Shown: one piece after another, positions 49,593 through 60,471 of the stretch
Layout: the number at the start of each line of letters is the position of its first letter
How positions within the stretch are numbered: position 1 is the stretch's first letter
Assembly (NCBI GenBank): GCA_012295275.1
Contig: CM022672.1
Span: 21,328,001 to 21,392,000 of the forward strand
Direction: 5' to 3'
Origin: Chrysomallon squamiferum
Taxonomy: Eukaryota; Animalia; Mollusca
Length of the DNA stretch: 64,000 bases
Translations under genes and position numbers: made by a program
Notes under the pieces: generated by a model
The model's database searches: none
Seen by the model: the letters and a program-made list of their open reading frames with translations, nothing else
Told to the model about the DNA's origin: nothing

Positions 49593-51300
49593 TATATATA
49601 TATATTATTGTATTCTCAATATTTTAATTCATGCTGGCGAAGCAAACACGGGCTTTTCAGAAAGGCTTTGTCTCATCAAAGCAGAGCAGGCTTGGATGGA
49701 CACGCCTGTCAAAGTGTTTTGTTTCGTATATTTAATATACGTGCCGTTCAGTCGAACTGGTAAATAGGCTTAGAGTTAATTTCACGCTTAGTGTACAACA
49801 AACACGAACCCAGATACCTACAAGACTATGTGTGTCCAAGTAACTGCTGTCTCCTTGTCGGTATATGTTCTATGATTAGCTATTTTGTATCTGTTCACTG
49901 GGTGTGTTTGGGCGTGCTAGGAATTATTTGTTTGTGTGTGTTTTTATCTGAAGGAAGGTTATAAAACGCCGCAGATTTCATTTCTCACAGTTTCGAGATT
50001 ATGATTACGTAGACATATAAACAGCACATAGTTAACACACACACACACACACATATAATGGACTGATTTAAATGGACATCAATATACACCATAGTCACAT
50101 AAATATATGCATGTTACCAATAATAATAAACAAACAACAAACAACAAACAAATAAATAAATAAATAAACAAAAAATATAAAATAATAATAACAACACTTA
50201 TATATAAGAAAGCTGATCTTACTTATTGTTAAATCGGCAACAATAATTCGGTAACGTTTTGTCCAATTAATTCTAGTATTAGCAAGCAGACAGTTTGAAG
50301 ACAGATGACGTCATTTAACTTTTGTAGCCCTTAACGAGATTATTCCCGTTACTGCACTAATTTTAATGATTTAATAAAATCTAACTTCACCAAAATTAAT
50401 ATATATATATATATATGCACTGAAGAGAAGTAGAAAATAAATATATGGAAATAATTATAAAAATAGTGGAGGGAAAAAAATGTATTATTATTTATATGAC
50501 AATATTGATTTCTCTGAAGTTTTCGTAGCTTACCCATTACTGACTGAAACTTTACGTTTTACGCCTATTGATGTCTGAGGAAGATTCAGCGGCGTTGGAA
50601 CTGTCACTCTGCTCAGACTAATGCACGAATGTTCTGACTTCTCCGTTCGCGAACTTCGTATCGTGGATGCGACAGGGAGCAGTCTATCCCGGAAAGTATC
50701 CTGTTCGGTGCCTGCGTTGGCGTCATTGTTGCTGCTGCTGGATTTGCTAGATTCGTTATCTTTGTCCTTGAATTTGCCCTGGTTTTCGCGACGTGTGTAT
50801 TGAAAATTGTGGCGTGTACGTTCGTTTGGTGATGTTTGCGAATTGTTCTCGTTTTGCTGTGGAGGTACGTAATTGCTTCCATATAAACGTTTTTTCGCAG
50901 CTGTAGTTAAGGGATCGAAATATGAATGATGTTCTCGGTATTGTAAAATGTACTTCTTTGGGTCTCTATAATGATTGAAAACAAAGTTGTCGTATTTGTC
51001 ACCGAGGTTTCCTCTCGGTCTGGAGTCTTTAGATTCTTTCGTTCCATCTTTTCCTTTTCCAGTTTTGCGAAAATTTATATTTTTAGGTATCCAGCCAGTT
51101 ATTTCTTGACATAGTAAATCGCTTTCATTTTTAGCTGAACCTACTCTCGGTTTGCTTTTGTATACATCCTTCAGTGAATCCAAAACCGTTTTATCGTCTG
51201 CTTCCAGAAGTTTGTTTTGTAGCAGACGATCTTTTGAAAAGTTGTGATGACTATCAGGAGATTCTTCTGTCATCTCTCCATCACCCAACAACAAAATCAT
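33695..51300 (-). CDS. Uncharacterised ~819-aa protein; exons 51300..50534, 44216..44129, 39867..38866, 37230..37201, 34267..33695
   Basis: Three long non-repetitive ORFs on one strand, joined through two small exons by canonical splice sites with matching phases: GG|GTAAGC (phase 2) -> TTTACAG|A; CAG|GTACGT (0) -> CAATAG|CAA; CGG|GTGTGA (0) -> TTTTCAG|ATG; TAC|GTCAGT (0) -> TTTTAG|AGT; TAA at 33697-33695. Total 2460 nt, divisible by 3. No domain recognised. The start could instead be the ATG at 51273. Confidence 0.7.
43461..43512. repeat. GC-rich inverted repeat/hairpin
   Basis: GTCTGCGACGGGCACGC (43461-43477) is the exact reverse complement of 43496-43512. The inner CTGAC/GTCAG also pair. 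Confidence 0.9.
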
Positions 51301-52389
51301 CGATGACCATTAATTAATTTTTTTATTATTATTATTATTATATATCGGACAACACCACTCCGAGCTGCTGAACGCCCGTTTAATAATAATCCAAGCGTCA
51401 GAATTATAACCACTAACCCGTCTTTTGTCCACAAGCAGGGAGATCGAGACTTGTTCTGACGGTTATGTTTACCTCCCTCGTTTTGGCGTATTAACAAAAC
51501 GTTCTCCGTGTTGCTAGTACTTAGCATAATCCAACTATATATTGTTAGATAACACTATGGACGTAGAACATCAAAGACTGCATTGTGAAACTCATAATAA
51601 ATTAAGCTCATATGCTAGAACGGTATTTCAGTTGTATTCTGCCGAACTATATAATGCGATATTAAAGGCAACACCGGATTCCATTAATTACCTAGAGTAA
51701 ATCATTATTGGATTTCAGTGAACCCGACCAAGGGAAGGGATAACGAAAAAAAGAGATAACAAATAGGTCATTTTGTTATCAAATAATATAATTTATGTTT
51801 ATAATATATTTCTTTAAAACATATATAACAAGCAGATACATTTATTCATTTAAAAAAATAAATTTTGGTTTGATTTATAATTTTAATATGTATATATAAT
51901 TGGTGTTTTTGCTATAATTAATTGCATTAAACATGGATCGAAATACTGATGTCAAAAAGAAAAGTTTGTTTTGTTTAAGAACACTCAGGGCAGGATTCAT
52001 GTCAGTGGACGTTTTAGGCACAGTCCCACAATGGTGGCCTATGCACGACGGTGTTTCCAATTCTAAACTGTCCAGGTGCTAAAGGTGAAATAATATATAA
52101 TCATTTTCAAATATTATTTCAGTCCTGACCAAAACACTATATTAAATTTAAAAGGTTGTTTTCTTTTGTTTTATAGTTTTTAATTTATTTACATATTTAA
52201 AATAAATAAATAAATAAATAAATAAATAAATATTAGTAATAATATTAGATCTAGTGTAAAAAAAAATCTGCTTTTATAATTAGCAAAGGCAAGAAGAAAA
52301 AAGTCCAGTCCGTCTCGCTAAACAAGTGTTGTTCTGTTTTCCTTATTTAAAAAAAAAAAAAAAAAAATTCGAATACAGCATTTAAGGAA

Positions 52390-52453
<64 letters not shown>

Positions 52454-52713
52454 TTTAATTATTATTTATTTATTTGTTTATTTATTTATTAAAATCAAAG
52501 GTAGTTAGTGAAAGAATTAAGGTTAAAATTTCGGTGCCCGAAAGATTAATCCTAGGATGAAGACGTATAATCTGGAATCGATCCTAAACTGACAATGCGA
52601 TAGCTACATTTTGCCTACGAACGTAGCATGGTTGATTATACGTAAACGAGTTACTTCCCCTGATCATAATTGCACGACATGCTTGGTACACATTATGCAT
52701 AGATTGTGTAGAG

Positions 52714-53019
52714 CAGGGGTTTTCAAACTTTTTGACTTGCGGACCCCTTTATATTTCAGGCTTTACCTTAGGGACCCCCTTATAAACGCTTATGAAATTT
52801 ATAATAAATATTTGCTTAAAATAACATATATTTTTACATTTAATGTTTTAATCGATGGTATTTTAGGATATATTACAAAATTATTTACCTGTTATTTCAT
52901 GTGCTCACATTTACAAATATAAGAAAAAAGATTTCGATTAAAAAACATATATAAAATCAAACTGCCCATAAAAAGTATTCGCTGTCCACGGATGCAGGAC
53001 TCTGCATGGACCCAGTTTG
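52714..53019. mobile_element. hAT (Charlie-like) MITE, ~306 bp
   Basis: Starts with CAGGGGTTTTCAAACT, a hAT-type TIR. Ends with a truncated complement ...CCCAGTTTG. Flanked by an exact 8-bp duplication GTGTAGAG (52706-52713 and 53020-53027). Internal GGACCCC repeats. Confidence 0.8.
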
Positions 53020-53982
53020 GTGTAGAGCATCTTTTACGTTTGTTCAGATGTTTTTGAAAAAGTTAAGAAACAAAAATGATCTTTGTACACTAAAAATCTT
53101 AATAAAATTTTGAAAAAGATAAGACGGCAGTTATTAAATGTGTCATATTCGATCCAGTAAAAAACATTTACTTTATATCACAACTTCATTCAATTTGAAA
53201 AGTTACATATTTTATGAAAATTCCAAATATTTTATAATATTCTGTTGATCCTGAACATGATGGACCTCGGGTTTTGGATTTCTGGACCATATCTGGATTC
53301 CAAACAATTTGCCATTCTAGGTACCATGAAGTTATTTCGAGTCCCACTAGCAATCAAGGCAGCCCTCTCTCAGCCCACTTTGCACCAAGCTAAGCATAAA
53401 TTTTACAACTGCACCCATAACCAAAATAATAAACTTCATCCAACTAGCCTACATTTTTCTTCTCTGTATGACATCTGTTTACATTGTTTTTCTATTAGTA
53501 TATAGTTCTTATATAATTATATTACTCATTATACAGCTAAAATTTAATGTTTACATCTATGATATCCCAGACTGCTGCATTTTCTGGACCAGTGCTTCCC
53601 TTTATCATTCCGTGAAATTAAGGGTCTAAAGTTTTGTAAAGAACATGAATGCCTGGATTATCAAGAAAACAGCATTAGCTGTACAATGATTAATTCTAAT
53701 TACATATATTTATTTTAAAATATATTTACATATATATGGATATAAAAAGAAATAAATAAAAAATTGTTAAATGATTTTATTGCCATTCACAAAATGTTCA
53801 TACACTGGAAAACAAACATATACAAATACATATGAATATAAATATTTAATCACATAATAAACATTATTAATACACGAATATGTTAATTAATGTCCAAGAT
53901 GATGTAAATATAATGAATGTACACTAATGATGTGACAAATATATATTTTTAAAAAGAAGAAAAAGCTCTGAAACCACAGCAA

Positions 53983-54057
53983 CCTAGCCTCGTAATCAAA
54001 GTTTCCATTCCAGCACACCATTTTGGTTTCTTGCAGGAACTTCATAGAGAAGCTAGG
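53983..54057 (-). promoter_or_regulatory. SECIS element in the SELENOF 3'UTR
   Basis: Minus strand: helix I CCTAGCTTC/GAGGCTAGG (9 bp, one G-U). Core ATGAA (54045-54041), then an 11-nt helix II arm. Apical AAA (54029-54027) with a CCA-AAA-TGG mini-stem. The 3' arm TGCTGGAAT pairs with GTTCCTGCA and is followed by GGAA. It lies ~650 nt after the stop, with AATAAA at 53781-53776. Confidence 0.8.
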
Positions 54058-54705
54058 GTGTAAACCATGAAAAAAATACTGACCTCTTAATCCAATATAT
54101 ATGTGTCCTGTTTAATATAAACCAAATATTTACCAAAAAAAACCACTGTATATTTTAGAAACTATATATTTTGAAAATATTTGCAAAAGATGATGGCTTG
54201 ATTAACCTGTTATAAAATTTCAAAAAGAAGAAAACGTTTGTGCTTTCCTGATGGACAGATAATGAAAATAATATGTATTAAAATGCTGAATGGAAGTGAA
54301 TAGCAAACAAAATCTATTATTATGCTTAATTTACAGTGAAAATCACAAAGACAGTTTACTAAAGACTGCCAGTTTATTAATTACGTTTTACATTCATGCT
54401 TTAAGCTAACATAACCAAGTAATGTAATTAAACAGAACACATATTATTTTGAAACATCTGTCTCTTAACTAAGTCTTCAATGTTGTTTTAATTCAAACAT
54501 CTTTTTCTTCACTGTGCAAACAAAACTTCACTTTCATACACTTGAAACTTTGCTGTTATTAATTTTATTTACTATCTGTTTAATTATGTTTTGCTCTTGG
54601 ACCATTTATTGATGGAAAATGACACAAATGAATTAATTAAGAGACACAAAAGGATTATAATCTTCATATCCAGTGACTTCAGAGCTTTGAGTGATGTTTT
54701 TTAGT

Positions 54706-56230
54706 TTATTTTTTAAGTTTGTTATGGAAGAATTCCTCCACAGCGTCCGTGTTCCATTTGTCAATTCCAAGTGTTTCCTGGACTTCATGGTTTTCATCTA
54801 GAAGCTTTATGATCGGGTCTGCTCCACGAACATACCTGATCTGCAGACCTGGGAACTGCTTTGGCTTGTCACTCTTAACAAAGGCTACAAGAAACACACA
54901 AACATATATATAGACATAACTGTGTGTGTGTGTGTGTATAACATTTTAACAACTGATACATATAACTAAGAAAGTGTATTTGTGTAATATGTCAAAACAT
55001 GTTTTTAACCATATTATCACTTCTATCATTTATAAAATAAAAATAAAATATTGTTTTATGTAATAAATACAATAATTCTGAAGTATACCCTAATGCTAAT
55101 GCTACTGTAATTAAATCAGCAACTGGTAATGTGATGAAAGGCAGTATTTTTAAAACCTAAAACTTATTATCTTACCTTGGACTTGTGGATAACTCCCCAA
55201 TTTTCATCCACACACAACAAGTTCTGCATAAGGATACAGCTAAAATACATATTAAAATATATTATTTAAAATCTGAATATAAATTATATGTACAACTATA
55301 CAATTACTATATATGAATGACAATTTATTATGGAAATAACAAATATATGGAAATGTTTGGCAATAATCAGTTATTGTAGTTTTCTTGTTTTTTTATATAT
55401 TATTTATTTTATTTCATAAAAGGAGATGTAAAATAAGTTACAGAATTAAAAAAAAAAACAATGCAAAAAGAAAGGAAGATTTATACATTCTAATGATATT
55501 AATACTTTAGACAGTCACACTTTGTTACTGTAGGATAACCTGCTTTTGACATTTATGGGTTTTTCTGTTTATTTGTATTGCTTAGTTGTATCACCATTTA
55601 CTGTCTATCTTCATTACTTTAATATAGAATGTATGCAATATACACATTTATTTGTAAATAAAATCAAAGGTTTTTGTAAGGAAAGATGGCTCAGGGAAAT
55701 GTTATAACCTGCTTAATACCTTTTTGGTGTCTTCAGTGTTGTGATCTTCCTGACAACACTGCTGACAGTCATCTTTTAAAGATGACAAATTAAACTGATC
55801 TAGGTCATCACAGCTGCTGCACATGAGATTTACACTGGAGAATCCACGGTTTCTGCAGAAACCTACATCTACTGCCACATTACTGCATTCTCCAAGGTAC
55901 ACCTAGATAATAGAACAAATTATATGTGCATGTACATTATGTATGTGTGTGTGTGCATATGTGCAAAACACACACACATTTAACAACTCTGTTCAGTTTG
56001 GTTGTTAAAAGATGGAATATATAAAGAAAATCTAAAACAAATGTACATTTTTAAATCTGTTATTATAATATTCTGACCATCTGTTTTATGCATTAAATGA
56101 AGTGACATCAAAAACTATTTTCTTTAAGTAAAATGACTTTAAAAATTGAATTGTAGTGTTGCATTTTCTTTATGGTGGCTTTTTTCATGAAGAATGGTAA
56201 AACGTGTGTGTGTGTGTGTGTGCGTGTGTG

Positions 56231-56277
<47 letters not shown>

Positions 56278-56620
56278 GGTATATAATAATCAGCTGAAAT
56301 GCAGCATTACATGATGTCTGCCAAGTGATCCAACCAGTATACGTGCGTTCAGAGAGTGATTGCTTATTTTTATAGCAATATGTTTTGCAAATAAGAAGAC
56401 AATGCTATTTATGATAAAATAGTTTTAGAAATTTTAAAATACAAGTAAAGTGCATAAAACATGCTGTTGAAAATTTGTCATAATAATAATATAAAACAAA
56501 CATTTCCCAGTTTGTTTTCACAAACCACAAATGACTGACACTGTCCTGATTGAAGAGGAAACTTTATTACCACAAACTGATTGTTAGAAATTAAACTATT
56601 TTAAATTGTCAAAATTTATA

Positions 56621-56667
<47 letters not shown>

Positions 56668-57612
56668 TGATAATTAGATATCTAGTAACCATCTGATATA
56701 TTCTTGGATGGAAGGTATAAATATAGAAATGACCTTTTGAACATGGCAGGTGTCTGGAATCTTTGCATTTGATTGGCTTAAACGAATGTTTATAAATAAT
56801 CCATACACTTGTTAATTACTTGTTCATATATTCTGAACAAAGATATTGATAAAACACTGTTTTATTGCATTTGTTAATCTATTGTATTGCTTCTTATATT
56901 TAGTATCTTCTCTGCTATGTCTAAACATTTGTTTTTTAATTACTAATACTAATAGTAATAAAATAAATAATTTCATCAGATATTCAAAAATACGTTTTCT
57001 GTTTACCAGTGTTATATGTATTATGTAATGAACGAACGTTAACTTGTTAAGGCTTTTCTTTCTATATATTTATAATATTGTTAATGTTCAAGTTTCTTGA
57101 TATGAATCAAGATATGTCTAGGTTACATTCGTAACACAGATACCACTCACTAGTTGTAGTTCATTTTAAGACCTTTTCACTGATAATCATAATGTCACTT
57201 AAATGTGTTATCAACAAAACTGAAAACATAAATCCCTTCATTCCCCCCCCCCGGACATTAAACAAACATTTTAAAATTCAACGTAACAAGTAATTCATTA
57301 TTCTGCAAAGTATAATAACATTGTAAAACCAGTTATTAAAATAACACTATAACAGTGGTACGTGTAAGAATCATTTCAACTGATCATGTCCAATCAGAAA
57401 GATTGACGTGGCGAGATATAAAATAGAAATTACAATTTAATAAAAAAAAAAAAAAAAAAAAAGTATGTAGACATTTCTTTTCATCAACTTATAAGTGACT
57501 GAAAACTGATAACATCAACTATTTGTACTTTTACTACAAAAGATATTTTTTTAATGTCGATACTTACCAACAAAAATAAGAGCAGCAAAAGCAAACCGAA
57601 AGGGTCTGCCAT
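54706..57612 (-). CDS. SELENOF: Selenoprotein F (Sep15), 156 aa; exons 57612..57568, 55902..55720, 55239..55176, 54884..54706; Sec codon TGA at 55206-55204
   Basis: Signal peptide MADPFGLLLLLLFLL. Cys-rich region LMCSSC...CQQCCQED. YPYAELVVCG-TGA-KLGSYPQVQAFVKSD (CxU motif). C-terminal YVRGADPIIKLLD...IDKWNTDAVEEF. Canonical splice sites with compatible phases. Confidence 0.97.
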
Positions 57613-58140
57613 GCTGTCTAACTAATATTTGATTTTGATCCGCTTATTCCGTACAGCAAGAAATATTAGGACAAATACCACTGATAATCAGTCTACGTGA
57701 AGCCGGAGAAAGCGATAGTTGTTCCTTATGAAATAATCACAATGTTCAACCTTTAAAGGATTGTTAGTAACATTTTCTTCAGTTCATTTTTAATTATGAT
57801 ATTTTAACGAAAGTTGAATAATGAGACTATCTGCCGGCTGTTTAACCAATTCAATTTTGATATAATAATGTATAAATGATCTTCTTGTTTTTGTTTTTAT
57901 TGTTTGCTGCTAATATTATAACTACTACTACTACCATAACTACTACAACAACTACTACTACTTATAAATCATCTGACTTCCGTTCCTCCCACCTTTTTTT
58001 CTTCGTCATGTGATTGAACCTTTTTCGTTTACCGTTATACAAATATAATTATTAAAAAATCCAAAACAAACAAACAACAACGGCGGTTTTCCTTGCCTGA
58101 TTTTAATGCCATAACGGTTAATCGTAATACATGTCCAGAA

Positions 58141-59311
58141 CGGTGAACGGAAAAAAAAGTCACAGGAAAATAAATCACAGAAAAAAAAAAATAATAATAA
58201 TAAAATCACACATATAAAATATTATTTATATTTTTATTTCTTTGTTCATTTATTTTGATAAATATATTTAATATTTTGATGATCCCACAACCATGCTGCA
58301 GAGGAAGCAGACGTTCGAATCACTAAAGTTCGAAATGCAATGAAGACCAGACTGCCAGTACCAGAGACAAACCCTATCAGATCCTAGTTCAAGTTCTCGC
58401 CCAGTATGATGTTGAGGTTCGGGCGTTGATACCTGCTCCTAACTCATGTAAATGAACCTTGCGTAACCAGCGGCCAACTCCTCCAATTCCTAGGACACTT
58501 CAAGATTTGGGTGACTTACCGTAAGAATTCCTGCAAACTATGGCTCCTAATTCTGAGCAGTTTCTTTTCTTTGACAGTGGTACATACTCTTATGACCTTA
58601 TTCTGGTGTTTGTGACCAGTGAGGGTCTGCGACATCTTACTGATGTCGTTCGTGTTCCACTCGGCAATTCATTTATAACTTCAGTATATTACCTGCTGCT
58701 AAACGAAACTCGTGTCACTTATGAACGTTAAATTCCAGTTTGTTATTTGTGACTTTGAGGATTCTGTTCTCCGTGCAGTAGTCGCTGTTTTTTAGTCGTG
58801 GAATGAATATGCAAGGCTACCACCTCACACAGTCTACCTGGCGGAAGGTCCAGAAATTGAGACTGGCACAACACTACAGTATCGATCCAGTTTCGCCTGT
58901 TCTGTGGTGTGATGGGCGGCCAAGCCATGTTACCACTTAATGAAGCAAGGGAAAGTCTACAGTTCCTTAGGTCTACAGTTCCAAAATCTGTGAGGGATGG
59001 AACTACAAGTTCTTCAACCTTGTTGCCATCTGGCGAATCTTCGAGTAGTTCCAGCTAGAAAAAGGTTCAGTTGACATCATTCTGAACAGTACGCAGTCGG
59101 TACACGGCCAGAGAAAAGAATTAAAAAGGTGTATGTGTTGGTTCGGGAGCGCCTACGCAACTTATGCAAAGATCATGTACATGGCCGTAAAACTGCGTTG
59201 GCTGGAATAACCAGTTTGAAATAGTGAACAGATTAAGAAAATCTATATGTACTACTGAACTGTTGAACTAAAGATAGTGATGTCTATATATAAAATATTA
59301 TGACTTTTTTC
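58141..59311 (+). mobile_element. Decayed Mutator-like (MULE) DNA transposon with transposase pseudogene (~58286-59200)
   Basis: Broken + strand translation gives MULE blocks in the expected order: HNHAAEE...; PPIPRTLQDLGDLP*EFLQT..EQFLFFDSG..LILVF; VRVPLG..VYYLL..TRVTYER; FVICDFEDSVLRAV; QG-YHLTQSTWRKVQKL; FRLFCGVM..AMLPL; ICEGWNYKFFNLV..IWR; RPEKRIKKVY..RERLRNLC. Stops, frameshifts and deletions are present. Possible terminal remnants are GAAAAAAAAGTCA (58150-58162) and TGACTTTTTTC (59301-59311). Confidence 0.85.
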
Positions 59312-59475
59312 TTCATCGTCTACACCAATGCAGGATTTCCTACACGTAAATTTTGTTCTGGGGACTTTATTAAGTAAGTTTATAAAGTAAATTTAAAAAT
59401 TTAATAGATATTACTTCATGAAATAAACGAACCCCTTTCGTTGAATTTATTTTCTTATTTTTTAATATAAATTCA

Positions 59476-59503
59476 ACCGGAAGTAAAGTTTTAAGTACTT
59501 CCG
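59476..59503. promoter_or_regulatory. Inverted pair of ETS (GABP/ELK-type) sites, probable DIPK1 promoter element
   Basis: ACCGGAAGTA at 59476-59485 and TACTTCCG at 59496-59503, ~1 kb upstream of the first coding exon. That exon is preceded by a splice acceptor, which implies a 5'UTR exon upstream. Confidence 0.45.
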
Positions 59504-60471
59504 TTTCTGAAGGGAGGAAAGAAACATTATGTTTTATGAAGTATGCAGATGCAGACTTCATTCATCTGCAAATGAATGTAAAAATTGTTATAGTATTAAT
59601 AAATGTGTTATTCAGCTTTGTGTGTGTCCTATAAATGATAAAATATAATTGTTAATCGATAATGACATGCTGAAAACATAATAAATAGAACTTCCAATAG
59701 TAATAATTAATTATTTAATATAATAAATATTAATAATAGAACTAATATTACAAATAGTAATACATTATACTAGTATTAGTAGTAGTAACACTAATAGTAA
59801 TACTATAACAGAAATATGAAGTAACCATTTAATCGAATTAATAAGCTACATGAAACGGCAAGATGATATTAAGATTTTAAATTGGAAAGTTACACGAGTA
59901 TATTTATCATGTGATCGTTAATCATTAACTTGATTAAGTTAAATTCTGCATTTTTTAAAGTTTTATTTATCATATTTAAATTTTAATCCACCCTTGACTG
60001 GCTGTATTATGTACACACTATACAGTATAGTCACATTCATAATACTAAGTGAATTCATTATCATGATCATTATCATATGGTTATTGATGCAGCTGATAGT
60101 TTAATAATTATATAATATAAACTCTGCCCCTTAATCATGCAGATATCTTTTGCCATAACTGAAGAACTTATTTAAAAAAATGTTAACAATTAATATTAAA
60201 AATTGTAGATCTAAAACTGATGATTTTAATGTGATAGTTAATGCAGTTAGTGATAACAATAAAATATTTTAAATAATAAAATTTGGTTTAGGTAATAATT
60301 TTTTTTTAAAGTTGGTCCTAAATGAAATAAAAACTTAAATTAAAGAAATTGCAATGAAAATATGTTTTTATTTTTTTTTAAATTTACCTTATCTTATTAA
60401 TGTGTTTTTGGGGATTATTTTTTTAATTATTTATATTATTACTTTTTATTAATTAATTTAATATTTTTAGA

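Noticed and set aside
51986-52060. CAGGGCAGGATT... segment (and a similar CAGGGCC at 42421) as intact MITEs
   Set aside because: Only one TIR-like end each, with no matching end or TSD found.
58743-58928. 61-aa minus-strand ORF
   Set aside because: It is antisense to the MULE transposase remnant.
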